DNA from: Takakia lepidozioides
Taxonomy: Eukaryota > Plantae > Bryophyta
NCBI GenBank assembly: GCA_030704615.1
Contig: CM060731.1
Coordinates: 83,576,001 to 83,640,000, forward strand
Length of the DNA: 64,000 nt
Reading direction: 5' to 3'
Shown: positions 36,961 to 50,500 of the stretch, in pieces
Numbering within the stretch: position 1 is the first letter of the stretch
Layout of the letters: every line of letters starts with the position of its first letter
Position numbers and translations under genes: made by a program
Notes under the pieces: model-generated
The model's database searches: none
Told to the model about the DNA's origin: nothing
The model's input: the letters and a program-made list of their open reading frames with translations, nothing else

Positions 36961-39900
36961 TTGCGGAGGGCATTTCCCGACTGTGTGGTTGCCAATCGAT
37001 CATTCACATCCGGAATATACGCTCTTTGACTCATAATTTCTGCTCCTCCAAAAACTTCCACGACCCTGCAAAGGATATTAAGATTCGGGGATATGAAGTT
37101 CGGATATGGAGTTCGGATATTAGAAGTTGATTATACCATTTAGGATGACGTTCTGCAAACCCGGACCCCCATTGCACCCAGACGAGATTCGCGGATATTG
37201 ACATTGACAGCGTTCGAGTCAACATAAATTTTACCATTCATTCCTCTTATATTTCTCATCCTAAACTATTTGGATGGAGTCCAGGCTACGTGTCGGAAAT
37301 GACTGAGTCGTCTAGCGGCGCGGCAGGAGGCTATTTCTCAATTTTGGGGATGTGCTAGCCATCTCATATTCCTCACGTAGGTTTGGATGGAGTTCATTTG
37401 ACGCACATTTAACACCCACATCGGATGACAACGGATGGCGTGCTTCCATGGATGGGGGATTTGATTTTTCATCCGTTATTGCTATTTGAATTTTGGCGCG
37501 GGCCACGTGGCACATAGTCCGGTTACGGCGTGCAGCCGGCTGCGTGGCATCGCGCACTACCTCAATTTCGTAGGCATACGTTACAGCCGGGGTAGGACGG
37601 GTTCTCATCCCTTTCCGGGTTCGGCAGTGCATACGATCAAGCGGATTCTCCTCTGCAGTGCCCGACTCTTCGGCTTCCCTTTCTATTTTCGAGCAGTGGA
37701 ACGTCGTCGTCATGGAGCCTCAAGCGGAGGAAGAGCGGGAGTTTGTGCTCCCCACACAAACACGCATACTGCGCGGGCGGACGGTGGTCTCCAAACAGAG
37801 CAGCGAGAGTGCTAGACCTCCCAAAAAATTAGTGAAACTTCGTAAGAAATCAACGACTTCACATGAAGGCGGTTTGGTGTCTACAGCGGCCACACCGTTG
37901 ATGGATCGTCCTCTCCTCTCCCCCGTTTTTTGAAGCGGTGCATCGCCAGGTCCAGCAACGAGCGCATAGGGAGGCGGACCTGTTCAAAATGCTGCAAGTG
38001 TGCAAGACAGTGTGCTGGCGGACGTTGTTTTGACTGGTGACATGCGCAAGCAAGCCCTACTCTCACTCACTATTTGGTTAAGCTATGGAGGACCATAGCT
38101 AACCCTTGGGAAGGTTAGACTAGCCCCTTTGGAGTTAGCTTGGGGTTTATTTCCTTGTTTTTATTAGGTGAAGGCAAAAGACCATGGATTCATGATGGGG
38201 TTCCCAAAAGTGAGGTGCCATAAAGGGGATACCATGGCAATAGCCAGGAGCTGGCTATTGGTTTGAAGCGGGCTGCAGGCCCCGCGGAACTCGAGGCGTT
38301 GACTACCCAGCCCCAAGCTGCTCGACAGCAGCCCGTGCAAGGGGGGGAATCTTGCTACTTAGGATCTTCCTGGCTTTATCCAGCGGTCCGTCGCTTTACC
38401 CGCACGACAGCGACCAGCGGTCCGTCGCCTCGTCCAACGGCGCCTTGCCACGCTGCCCTGCACGGGTCTGCGACCAGCGGGTAAAAGGGCTGGGATGGAC
38501 CAGCGGATAATAGCTTAAGGGGGGGTCTTAGGTAGGAAAATACTTTTTGAATGGTTCTTGTCCTTATCGATTGAGGGAGCTTTGCTATGTCGTCTCCTTA
38601 GCGGCTGGGGTGGAAATTAGAATGAAGGGTGGAGGTCTTCGGGGCCTTCGTTTTTGTATGTCATAGGTGGTCAGATGGGGAATCGGCCGCTCGGCTCACA
38701 CCGAGACACCTTGCTCACGAAAAGCGGACGAGAAATACAAAGCTTTTGGGAGGGGTAGAAGGGGTTTGGAGTGGGAGAGGGAGTCCTTTCCGTTTGCACC
38801 CAGCCTTAAAATGCACTTTAGGAAGGTGGACGAACCAACAGTGCGGCCCACCAAAATATATTATTCATAGGTGAGAAGCGTTTTTTGAGGAATGTGGAAT
38901 AGTGGATGGTTAGCCATGGATGGATGAGGGGCGGATGAGGTAAGCAGTATTTCATCTGCAGGCTGGATGAACAGTGGATGACCAGTGGATGAAAAAAATC
39001 AGTTTTTCATCTGCTGTTTGAAAAGCCAGTTTAGCTCTAGGGGGGTTTTGAACCTAGGACCTAGAGGCTAGGGGCTATGTATTAAGGGCTTAGGGGGTTG
39101 TTTGGACCTATTACGCCAATCCCCTATGGTTCCCACATCTTGATAGTGGTTTTTTGGGCAAAGGGAGGGGGTTAGAGAATTATCTAGAGGCCAAGCCATG
39201 GGTCATTGGAAAGTTAGATGAATTCCTACCTAATGCCTATTTTTCTAGAATTAGTGAATTTCTGGATTTAGTAATTGATTTAAAAGGGGTTTTCTGCTTA
39301 GAAAATTACCAAAAAATATGGATAGGGGTAATTAAATCTAGGGTTTTTATCTCTATTTCCTAAGTTCAAGAGCTTGCCTAGGGTAGTATTGTTCCCATCT
39401 TCTCCATTGAATTCTATTGCTAGGAAATGGCCATGAGCCCTAAAAATTAGCAAAGAAGTGGGATATTGTCCAGGTTAAGAGCTTTTATTCTAGGCTAGGA
39501 TGTGCTCTCCCCTTCGCATAGCGGGAATGTAGGCGTCCCCTTTGCACACACGTACAATCCAGGGAAGCGTGATTGTGAAGCAACCCAGACCTAAGCAGTT
39601 TGTCATTAACGCTTTGTCAGTCCTCCGGAAACCGTCAGGCGGAGAGAACCTGTCGGGGACGCTAATAGCTCTGGGATGAAGCTGTGTTAGCGCAAATAAA
39701 AAAGTCTTGGAAGGCAATTAGTTAGGAGTAGATTCCGTAAGAGACAACAAATGAATTATGCCCCATGAGCGTATGAGTTGAAACCTGCGTTTGCTGGTAG
39801 TTTAGGATAGCGGGAGGTAGTTTCCTCCATCGACCGCTGACCCTCCACTAAGCTTAGCGACACACTTCACGGGTGGGCGGTTCTTGAGCCCAACCCACCT

Positions 39901-40346
39901 CGTCGCCAGACTCCAGGCCCCGGATCGACGTTAGCCTTCATTTTCCCCACGGTTGTAGCGCGCGCAGCGAGGCTCGTCAACCCCGCGGCCAGCGCCACGT
40001 TACGCGGCGTTACTGGCCCGCCGCCGGCGGGGGTCCAGTGGGTAATAGCAGGCTCCGTCGTCTCTGCCGCTCGTGTCGTACCTGGGCGGGCCCAGCTATG
40101 GTGCCTGGTGCTACCACGCAGTGTACCAGCAACCCGTACTTCAAGGACGTTGCTTCATTGCTTCTTGAAGAGGGGAGCATAGTAACAAGGTAGAATCTAG
40201 AAGGTTCTAGATAGAGGAGGAAAGTTCCCTAGAAGTTTCCAAAATAATTAGGAAGGTTCCTAGGAAGTTTGACTTAAAGAAGTTTGACTTTAGAGATCTC
40301 AAGTCAAACCTATAAGATATTTATATTATGGAGAGTAGGTCAAATG

Positions 40347-40964
40347 TGTCGCGCACCTCACTTCGGTAAGCTCCCCTTCAAGTCATAGTTACTCTCTTTG
40401 ATGCGCGCGCCTAACTCCCAAACTGGCCGTCGGGCCAACTCGGAGCTTCGGCTGCTCACCGGGACATAACGGTCTCCCTTTGCTCCTCCACAATACCCTC
40501 TCTCAATTCGGGCCTAGTGGAAATTCCCTTTGGTTGTTGGCAGTCTGGAACAGCTCCCCACACCTTGGTTGCTTTCCGGCTCGCACGCTTACTCACTAGT
40601 TTTTGGTTACCAATGGGCTTGCACCGTTCTCGGGGTTACTACTCCCTATATATACTTCTGTGACTGTCTGCGGGGGTTTCACAAACAACACCGTCCTTTT
40701 ATAGCGAACCACCACGAAGACCCTCCATTCCCGGTGGTGAGTCGCGGTGAGTCTTGGCCCACCCACCACGGTCCCATTGGACCGTGATGAGTCCCAAGAC
40801 TCCCCACGACTCCCACCACAAGGTCTCCGCCCCCATGGTGAGTCATATGCCACCCCCACTCAAGGGTGCTTCAGCCCTCGTATCTATTGTTGCCACTGCC
40901 CCCACCACAGGGGCAGCCCCTTTTGTGTCCCGACCCCCTGCCCTCAAGGCGAAGGGCCGCGACA
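40347..40964 (-). repeat. 3' LTR (618 bp; lacks ~106 bp present in the 5' LTR)
   Basis: Near-identical to 46462-47185. The deletion has CACT microhomology near 40860. Confidence 0.93.
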
Positions 40965-41859
40965 CACACCCCTACCAACGGGGAGTCGATGTCCTCATCG
41001 ACTTGTCCATTTTGTAGAAACAAACATCCAAGTTGTGGCATCCCATATCAAGGAGTTTGTTTCTGTACCATGGCAAAGAACCAAACCCCCACTTGACTCA
41101 ACTCTCCACTAGCTAGTTTGGCCGACTTCCTCCAAGTTTCGGCCAAGGGTAGAGCCTCTCAAGCTCCACCCAGTGCACTCTTCTTGGCCCACTTCAAGCC
41201 AAGGAACGATCCTCCCCGAGGATCGAATTGCCTTACTGCAACAACATTGCTTGCGACCGCTCATGATACCGCTTTTGGCATCACTTTGAGCAAGGGTTCT
41301 CCTTGAACCCTTTTTAACTAGGAAGATAACCTTGAACCAACCGTGCGCCCCAATCACTACAATTGGGTCCGCATTGGAATGTTGGCCTGAAGTACGGGAA
41401 CACGCCGAAGCCGCACTACGACTTCATCCCGAGGCTACACGATTATAGTACGTGAATGGAAGCACGTAGCTTCCGCGTTAGCCCGCACTACAAGGCAACC
41501 CCCTCGATAGCACAGTTATAGTATGCGCACGCGCCAGGTGCGCACTAGCACGTGAACTCCCAAAGAAGACGCAAGTTTCCTTGCCCCTTGAATGGGAGTC
41601 ATCTGATTTCGGCACTGCGCAAACGCACGATTAATCCAATTTACCTCTCCCACTTTTGTAAGCTAGCATGCATTCTACACACTAGCCAACCATACCATGC
41701 ATCACCATTCCAAACAAAATAGGAAGCACAACATTTGGAAACCATTTCATTTATAACAAAATTTGTACAACACAAGTTTTTGCAATCAGATTCTTGAGCT
41801 AGCTAAGCCAGACTAAGCATGCATTTCCTCCCCCACGATCCAAGGTTGATGTCCCCATC

Positions 41860-43520
41860 AACGCTTCTTCCGCTTTGAGGTCGCCCTTCGAAAGCTGCAA
41901 CCGCCTCGGATGCGTTTCCTATTTCTGAGGCACGCACCCAAGTTGCCTCCACTTGATGATAGCCCTTCCATTTCACGAGATACTCCGTTTCTCGATTCTT
42001 GAACCTCCTCGACTTAAGCACTGCCTCCACCTCGTACTCAGGTTCATTTTCATTATCCAACAGCACGGGTGGCAGACGCAACACTTGATGCTGATTCGGA
42101 CGTGCTTCATCTTTGAAGTAAGGCTTCAAAAGGAAGACGTGGAATACCGGATGCACCTTGTTGTTTGTCGACAGCTAATTTCTCACATACTTTCGGTAAT
42201 AGGAGGCGATTCCTAGGAAGGATCGCACTCCTGGAACCGAAGTCAGAGGTTCCTAGTCCAAGATCGTCCTCACATTTCTGTCATCCATTTTGATCCCATC
42301 CTGTGTAATCACATGCCCTAGGAACTCCACTTTTGTGACCCCGAATTCGCACTTTGAAGCTTTGGCATACAGCTTCCCTTCCCGCAATTTCTGGAACACC
42401 CTTTTGAGGTGCTCTAGGTGCTCTTCCTTTGTTTTCGAGTACACCAAAATGTCGTCGATGTACACGATCACAAAGTCATCCAACCACTCCTGGAAAAGGT
42501 TGTTCATTAGCGTGCTAAAGGTTGCGGGTGCGTTGGTGAGCCCAAAAGGCATCACCAAGAACTCGTATGAACCATATCTTGTCTTGCACGCGGTCTTCTC
42601 CTTATCTCCTTCCGCCACTCGCATTTTGATGGTAGCCGGAACGCAAATCGATCCGGCTGAAATACTTCGCTCCTGCCAACCGATCGAAGAGGTCGTCGAT
42701 CCTTGGCAAAGGGTACCGGTTCTTGATAGTCATCTTATTCAGAGCCCTGTAATCGACACACATCCGCAGCGTCCCATCATTCTTGTCTGCAAATAGCACC
42801 GGGGCTCCGTAAGGTGACTTACTCGGCCGGATGTACCCCTTTGACATTAGATCCTTGAGCTGAGTCTTCAACTCGACCAACTCTCTGTGGCTCAACCGGT
42901 AGGGCGCCTTGGCAGGCGACTCTGATCCCGGTATCACCTCAATCTTGTGGTCAACTCCTCTTCGCGGTGGCAAACCGCTTGGTAAATCCTCCGGCATCAC
43001 ATCCTGGTATTTCTCCAAGATCCCCTTGATCCAATCTGGGCTCGGCTCCCCATCGACTTCTCCTTCCACTTGTCTTACGTAAAGCAAAAACTGGGGCTCG
43101 TGTGGCTCCTCCACGGCCCACTCCTTTGCTAACAGCAGGTTTATTTGTCCTCCCACTTGGTTGGGCGTTTCCGATACCCGTAAAACTTTGCCACCATTCC
43201 CACACGGTAGCGTGACTATTTTATTGCGGCCGTCTATGACCGCTCTGGATTTGCTCAGAAAGGTCATCCCCAAAATGAGATCCACTCCATCGATCTCGCA
43301 AATGGTGAAGTTCTCACGTCCCTCCCAACTCCCGAGCTGAAGAGAAACTTTGAACGCCAATCTCGTCGCCAATTGTGGTTCTCCTTGGCAGAACGCACCT
43401 CAATAGAGGCCCCCACATCACTTGTCGGGAGCCCCAGCTTTCGTGCCGTTGCCAGTGTCACGAAGGAGTGCGACGCTCATGTGTCCACCAACAACGACAC
43501 GTTAGTTCCGGAAATTATCC
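41860..43520 (-). pseudogene. pol: pol: protease, RT, then a direct jump to the integrase C-terminus and chromodomain
   Basis: [37 protein letters not shown], then HPVFHV..EYEVEAVL..YLVKWKGY..ATW. Confidence 0.9.
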
Positions 43521-43523
43521 CAC

Positions 43524-44614
43524 TCACGAACATTGACTGACTCCATTTACGCAAGGCGCCAGTCTCCTGATACAACTCACAAAAGTAGTCGCATACCTTG
43601 CAAGTCTTGGCGACCACTGCTTCCACCAAGCGGCTGATGGAATCTTCGGACCCTCCGTGGTCGCCCGAGTCATGTTCAATTGTCGGGGTTTCGCGCACTT
43701 CTTGGCCATGTGCCCGAGCTCTCCGCAATTAAAGCACACTCCATCGAAGGTCGCCTTCTGTCCGCCATAAACCGCCGCACCTGATTTTTCTTTCGGAGCA
43801 CCGGGTGCCGCCTTGACGTGTGAAGGCCTTCCCTTCGATTTCCATATGTCATTGTTGCCGCGTGGCCTATCCCACTTCTTTTCCGGTCGGAAGGAGTCAC
43901 CCTCTCGCCGGGTCTTCTTGTGGTTCAGCTCCGTACGGCCTTGTCTTTCGCCCCTAGGGACATCCGAGAAACATTCAGCCCTTTCAATTGTCTCGTTCAA
44001 AGTCTTAGGTGGCTTCTCCTCCAACTTCCGCCTGGCCCATGGGGCCAGTTCCGCCACAAAGTTGAAGACTATTTCTGGTTCCGCCATATCCGCGACTTCG
44101 AGCAAGAGCACATTGAAAGCCTGAACATATCCCCGAATGTCATCCGTTTGCTTCAAATTCCTCATCTTGTCCCCGGCGAGCCAGGACGCATTGAGTGGAA
44201 CAAACTGTCTTTTCATAAGTTCCTTGAACCCACTCCAGTTCAAGGTTTCCGGCAATCCTTGTCACTCAACTTCGCCGCCCGGAAGTACTACTCTAGCTCC
44301 ACGAACCAGGTGTTCAGTGCCTTCCGATTTCGGACGCCCTCAAAGGTGTCGGGTTCCTTAAGCTTCACCTTAAACTTTGTCTTAGTGGAAGTGGCATTAG
44401 CTGCCTCCAACACGTCCTTCAACGTCCCGCCAAACTGCGCCAACAACCCTTCCCAAAAGGCTGCTGGCATGGGAGGCATCTGTTGGTCCGTCGGGGCCTC
44501 CGGGAAGTCCTCGGGCTCCGACTCCCCAGATTCCTCTTGTTCTTGAGCGGCCTCACTTTCAAAAGCATGAATCGCCTCCTCAAATTGCCGCTTCGGTGAC
44601 ACGTCGCCTCCCGG
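43524..44614 (-). pseudogene. gag: gag; N-terminus interrupted by the PPR insert
   Basis: KLKEPDTFEG, LKQTDDIRGYVQAF, CFNCGELGHMAKKC. Confidence 0.88.
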
Positions 44615-46350
44615 TGTGGGTGCATCGAGGATGCAAAGGGAGTGTTCAACACTATGGCTGAACGAAATGTGGTGTTGTGGAGTGCGATGCTTGCAAGGTA
44701 TGCAAAGCAGGGACATAGGATGGAGGCTTTGTAGACCTATGAGCAACTGATGGGGGAAGGGGTCCAGCCCGGCCACATCATATTTGTATGCATTGCAGGC
44801 TTGGCAGCCCTGGAGAAGGGCAAAGAAGTGCATGGGGATATCATCAAAGCTGGAATTGTACTGCCCTGGCAGCTCTGGAAAAAGGGAAGGAGGTCCATGG
44901 TGACACCTTCAGAGCTGGAATTGTACCAAATGTCATTTTGAACAATACCCTAGTGGATATGTAGGCAAAATGTGGGTGCATCGGGGATGCGAAGGGAGTG
45001 TTCAACACTATGGCTGAACGAGATGTGGTGTCGTGGAGTGCGATGCTTGCAGGGTATGCATAGCAGGGACGTGGGATGGAGGCTTTGGAGACCTATGAGC
45101 AAATGATGGGGGAAGGGGTCCAGCCCAGCCACATCATGTTTGTATGCATTGTAGGCCTGGCAGCCCTAGAGAAGGGTAAAGAGGTGCATGGGGATATCAT
45201 CAAAGCTGGAATTGTACCTAATGTCATTCCATACACTGCCCTGGCAGCTCTGGAAAAGGGGAAGGAGGTCCGTGGTGACATCTTCAGAGCTGGAATTGTA
45301 CCAAATGTCATTCTGAACAATACCCTAGTGGACATGTATGCAAAATGTGGGTGCATCGGGGATGCAAAGGGAGTGTTCAACACTATGGCTAAACGAGATG
45401 TGGTGTCGTGGAGTGCGATGCTTACAGGGTATGCACAGCAGGGACGTGGGATGGAGGCTTTGGAGACCTATGAGCAACTGAAGGGGGAAGGGGTTCAGCC
45501 CGGCCACATCATGTTTGTATGCATTGCAAGCCTGGCAAGCCTGGAGAAGGGCAAAGAGGTGCATGGGGATATCATCAAAGCTGGAATTGTACCTAATGTC
45601 ATTTGAAACACTGCCCTAGCAGCTCTAGAAAAGGGGAAGGAGGTCCATGGTGACACCTTCAGAGCTGGAATTGTACCAAATGTCATTTTGAACAATACCC
45701 TAGTGGATATGTAGGCAAAATGTGGGTGCATCGGGGATGCAAAGGGAGTGTTCAACACTATGGCTGAACGAGATGTGGTGTCGTGGAGTGCGATGCTTGC
45801 AGGGTATGCACAGCACGGACGTGGGATGGAGGATTTGGAGACCTATGAGCAACTGATGGGGGAAGGGGTTCAGCCCGGCCACATCATGTTTGTTGCATTG
45901 TAGGGCTGGCAGCCCTGGAGAAGGGCAAATAGGTGCATGGGGATATCATCAAAGCTGGAGTTGTACCTAATGTCATTCAAAACACTGCCCTGGCAGCTTT
46001 GGAAAAGGGGAAGGAGGTCCATGGTGACACCTTCAGAGCTGGAATTGTACCAAATGTCATTTTGAACAATACCCTAGTGGACATGTAGGCAAAATGTGGG
46101 TGCATCGGGGATGCAAAGGGAGTGTTCAACACTATGGCTGAACGAGATGTGGTGTCGTGGAGTGCGATGCTTGCAGGGTATGCACAGCAGGGACGTGGGA
46201 TGGAGGCTTTGGAGACCTATGAGCAAATGATGGGGGAAAGGGTTCAGCCCGGCCACATCATGTTTGTATGCATTGCAGGCCTGGCAGCCCTAGAGAAGGG
46301 CACAGAGGTGCATGGGGATATCATCAAAGCTGGAATTGTACCTAATGTCA
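44615..46350 (+). pseudogene. Captured PLS-class PPR gene fragment, ~375-bp unit repeated ~4.7 times, antisense to the retroelement
   Basis: NTLVDMYAKCG..DA..VF..M..RDVVSWSAML.GYAQQG.G.EAL..M..EGVQP. Units start at 44615, 44971, 45346, 45721 and 46095. Contains stops. Confidence 0.92.
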
Positions 46351-46446
46351 CCAGGATCATCATCTTTCGGGCCGTTCCGCTTTCGCTTTGTCTTGCCCAA
46401 CCCCATGATGAGGCCGATCTCAAGGACGATCGCGTACTGAACTCTA

Positions 46447-46459
46447 AGCTCTAATACCA
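46447..46459 (-). promoter_or_regulatory. Primer-binding site (tRNA-iMet-like)
   Basis: TGGTATTAGAGC just inside the 5' LTR; one mismatch to TGGTATCAGAGC. Confidence 0.85.
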
Positions 46460-46461
46460 AG

Positions 46462-47185
46462 TGTCGCGCACCTCACTTCGGTAAGCTCCCCTTCAAGTCA
46501 TAGTTACTCTCTTTGATGCGCGCGCCTAACTCCCAAACTGGCCGCCGGGCCAACTCGGAGCTTCGGCTGCTCACCGGGACATAACGGTCCCCCTTTGCTC
46601 CTCCACAAGACCCTCTCTCAATTCGGGCCTAGTGGAAATTCCCTTTGGTTGTTGGCAGTCCGGAACAGCTCCCCACACCTTGGTCGCTTTCCGGCTCGCA
46701 CGCTTACTCACTAGTTTTTGGTCACCAACGGGCTTGCACCGTTCTCGGGGTTACTACTCCCTATATATGCTTATGTGACTGTCCACGGGGGTTTCACAAA
46801 CAACACCGTCCTTTTATGGCGAACCACCACGAAGACCCTCCATTCCCGGTGGTGAGTCGCGGTGAGTCTTGGCCCACCCACCACGGCCCCATTGGACCGT
46901 GATGAGTCCCAAGACTCCCCACGACTCCCACCACAAGGTCTCCGCCCCATGGTGAGTCCTATGCCACCCCCACTAAGTCCCATTAAGCTACCACCCCCCT
47001 CGTGGAACCACCCCCACCGCAACCCGGTGTGCGGGGTTCCACCTAGTGTGCGCCTCCGCCTCCTTGAGTGCCTTGGGCACTCAAGGGTGCTTCAGCCCTC
47101 GTATCTATTGTTGCCACTGCCCCCACCACAGGGGCAGCCCCTTTGGTGTCCCGACCCCCTGCCCTCAAGGCGAAGGGCCGCGACA
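46462..47185 (-). repeat. 5' LTR (724 bp)
   Basis: TG...CA termini, adjacent PBS and TSD. Confidence 0.93.
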
Positions 47186-47559
47186 AAATGTTTGACAAGT
47201 CATATTGTGGAGAATATGTCAAACCTAGGAAGGTTGACTTTAGGAAGATTTGACTTGAGGCTCTCAAGTCAAACCTTTAAAATAATCATATTGTGAAGGG
47301 TATATAAACATGCAATGAAAGCCTAGAAGGCATCGAGTTGTTTTAGGAAAAAGTTGATAAGCATTTCCATTATAGTTTGTGTGGATCCTGGGTGTTACAT
47401 GGCCAGCCCATGGAAATGTCCTTATACGTTTGTGGAATACAAAGACAAAACAAATCCATCCGGCATGGAGGCGGAGCGTAGGTGTGTCCTCAAGGATGGA
47501 TCAGGAAAGAATTGGGTGCGAAGCAGGAGGGATTTCAAACCTTATCATCACAAGGGCTG

Positions 47560-50500
47560 ATCTCCATCTCAGCACATGAGCAACCGGGACGCTGCCACTT
47601 AAAAATGGGAGCTACACCGCGTTACAAGGTCAACCTTAACACCATCTCGCTTCCTGTACGATGTGCTATGACCCATCTCTCTCAGGTTAGTACCATGGCA
47701 GCTGAGGCCAGACAGGCTGCTAGTGAACAATTTAACTGGACACGTTATTTCAATTTTGCTCGCCATGATCCCTCCACCCTTCATCAGTGGCACATTCCTC
47801 TTCCTGGTAAGAAGGCTGCTGCACCCATGCCAATCCCCTGCAATACCACCTTGATACGTTGTCTTGCAGACTTTGAAGTTCCTGCTTATTCTCAACGCAT
47901 AATGTCCACAAGTCTTACCTTTCTAAGTCCTTAAGGCAGATATTTGGAAATTGAGGGTTGGAAGCAACTAATGCTAACCAAACAGTGCCTTGTGGCTTCA
48001 GGGGTCTTGGATAGGGGCTTCAGAGGTGAGCTACATTTGCTTATTGCCAATCCCAAACGCCTTCCCATCCAAATTCGTAAGGGGCAAGTCATGGCACGAC
48101 TAACTGTTGTTCCCATTGAGGACCTCAAAGTGCACTCACTCTGACTAACATAGGTCTGGTGGATGACCCTGTAGACCAGCTGCTCCTCATGGCCAATTCT
48201 GTTCATGCTTCTAAGGTGCATCCTTTGACCCCTGAAGAGTCCCAACATCTTGATCATGTGCTTAGTAGGCCTTGATTTGACATCAACTATATGCTGTCAT
48301 TCGTGAAAACTTAGATGTCTTTAGTCGAGGTTCCCATGACCTTGGCAGGACTGATGTTCTTAAACATGACATCGTTACTGAGGGTAGTCCTGTTAAACAA
48401 CATGCCTACAAAGAGAGTGTTAAAGAACGTGGCATTATGCAAGAAGAATTACGCAAAATGCTAGATGCTGGAGTCATAAAACCATCTATTTCTCCCTGGG
48501 TCAATCCCATAGTTTTTATTCTTTGCCGCGCATCCATGACACATTGGACCAACTAAATGGAGCTACCTTCTTTTCATCTCTGGACTTGGCTGCTGGCTTT
48601 TGGCAGGGTCCCCTCACAAATTCAGCTAAGGAAAAGACTGCCTTACCTGCAAGCAAGGCATGTTTCAGTTTGAAACCATGCCTTTTGGCCTTTGCAACGC
48701 CACAACCACTTTCCAAAGACTGATGGATGTCGTGCTTGGTAATCTGAGGTGGGAATGTGCCCTAGTATATGTTGATGACATTAACGTCTACTCTCCTGAT
48801 TTTGCTTCTCACATGCTTGATCTAAGGTGTGTGTTGTGCAGGCTCCGCGGTGCTGGCCTCAAAGTCAAAGCAAAGAAATGTGACATGTGCATGAGAGAAC
48901 TACATTTTCTGGGTCACAAGTTACTTGCTGCTAGCATTAGTCCAGATTCTGCTAAAGTGCAGGCTGTTTGGGAATAGCCCACCCCTAGGACAAAAACTGT
49001 GTCCGTGCCTTCCTTGGTCTAGCCTCATACTATAGTTGTTTTATCATACATTTTGCTAAAATTGCTGCTACCCTAAACAGGTTGTTATGCAAAGATGTCA
49101 AGTTCAGCTGGGCACTCATGAGATCTCAGCCTTTGAAAAACTTAAGATAGCTTTAACCTGTGCTCCAATCTTAATTTTACCTGATTTCAGTTAGCCCTTC
49201 ATCTTGCAGATAGATGCCTCTGATGTTGCTGTCTATGCAATTTTGAGCCAAAAACGTGATGGAAAGGAGCATGTGGTGGCCTATGCTTCCCCACGATTTG
49301 ACAAACATGAGCGCAATTATAGTATAACTGACAAAGAAGGCTTGGCAGTCATTTTTGGGGTTAAGCATTTTTGTCAGTACTTACATGCGTGTCCATTTGT
49401 GGTTGAGACAAATCATCTTCCACTGCGGGCTCTAAAGTCTCCTCGTGAATTATCGGGGCGCCTTACTTGCTGGTCTTTGATTCTGCAGATCTTTGATTGT
49501 GACATTCGCTACAAGAAAGGGAAGGAAAATACTAACGCAAATGCTCTTACACGCAGTGAACCCAACTCTCCTATTCCCTATGTTTCCTTAGATGATTTGG
49601 CTGCTGCTCCTCCCGTTTGCTCAAGCTCTATTGCTTTCATTGCTGATGGTATCCTTGACCTGCTCTCATTGTTTGCTTCTACTCAACAGTCTCTTCCAGA
49701 CCTTATGTCTGAATGGGACTTGCTATCATTTGCTGTGGGTTGGGCTAATTACAGAGTGCAACACTGACACTAAAGGCACACACGAAGTATGGTAGACCCT
49801 CCCATTTCTCTTCTTTGCACATTGTTTTTTTCCTATACAGAGCAATGATAGAGCTCTAGCAATGCACGAATAGAGCTCCTAGTAGGGACCTCCACGGCAC
49901 TCTCTTGACCATGAACAACAATCACCTTTAGCAACTTACCTTCATGTCCCTGTGAGAGGGGAGATGATAGTTTACTTGCCTCATGGTGGTGGAAGAGATG
50001 TCTTGTAGATGAGTGTTGGTCTTACACTTCTGGAGGAGGGCTTGATGGAGAAGATCTTCCATGTCTGTAGAGCCCATAGCCACACCCTTGGGTTAGTGTG
50101 AGCATGTAAGGAGTGTCCGCCTCGATGAACTCCATACTATACGAGCTCAACTTCTTAACAAAGGGCTGCTTCATGAGTAAACAGACACGTCTATGAAATC
50201 ACAAGCAAATGCCCTATGGAGAGGAAACAACAAGAACTAGAACCAGCAATAAAACCGTGAAAAGACTCCAAGAAAAATACCACGGGAAGGATCCCTGTCA
50301 CAGAGATGTTTGCAAGGGTTGGCCTTGACCTTGTCGGACCTCTCAAAACTACGACCAAGGGCAATAGCTACATTGGTGTGGCTACTGACTAATTGTTCAA
50401 GTGGGTTGACATTCGACCTTTGGTTGCTAAAGACAGCGATGAAGTGGTTCAGCTCTTTTTTGATGAAATCATGTTGCGGCATGGCTGCCCCCTTGAGATT

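Larger units (their letters stand above)
33435..38050. mobile_element. MULE-like element D, internal fragment; both ends lost
   Basis: Transposase homologue, GTAGTCG-N4-CGACTAC palindromes, and a divergent low-complexity ORF (37712-37933) where the accessory gene's first exon would sit. Boundaries are approximate. Confidence 0.65.
40347..47185 (-). mobile_element. Chromovirus (Ty3/gypsy), both LTRs present, internally deleted, carrying a PPR insert
   Basis: LTRs TGTCGCG...CGCGACA at 40347-40964 and 46462-47185. TSD AAATG at 40342-40346 and 47186-47190. iMet-like PBS and a purine tract next to the 3' LTR. Confidence 0.95.
40181..47399 (+). mobile_element. Probable older 3' LTR (~370 bp; 40181-40346 + 47191-47399) split by the chromovirus
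   Basis: PPT-like GAAGAGGGGAG, then (A)GTAACA...TGTTACA. The TTTGACTT/TCTCAAGTCAAACCT repeats continue on both sides of the insertion. Confidence 0.5.

Noticed and set aside
38050-40180. Non-coding, partly GC-rich block
   Set aside because: No recognisable ORF or RNA gene. It is probably retroelement internal or LTR sequence, but I cannot support a call.
44615-46350. Functional host PPR gene
   Set aside because: It has stops and frameshifts, near-identical tandem units, no targeting peptide or E/DYW end, and it lies within an LTR element.
49790-50240. Non-pol segment between RNase H and the integrase core
   Set aside because: No termini, TSD or coding motif could be identified.
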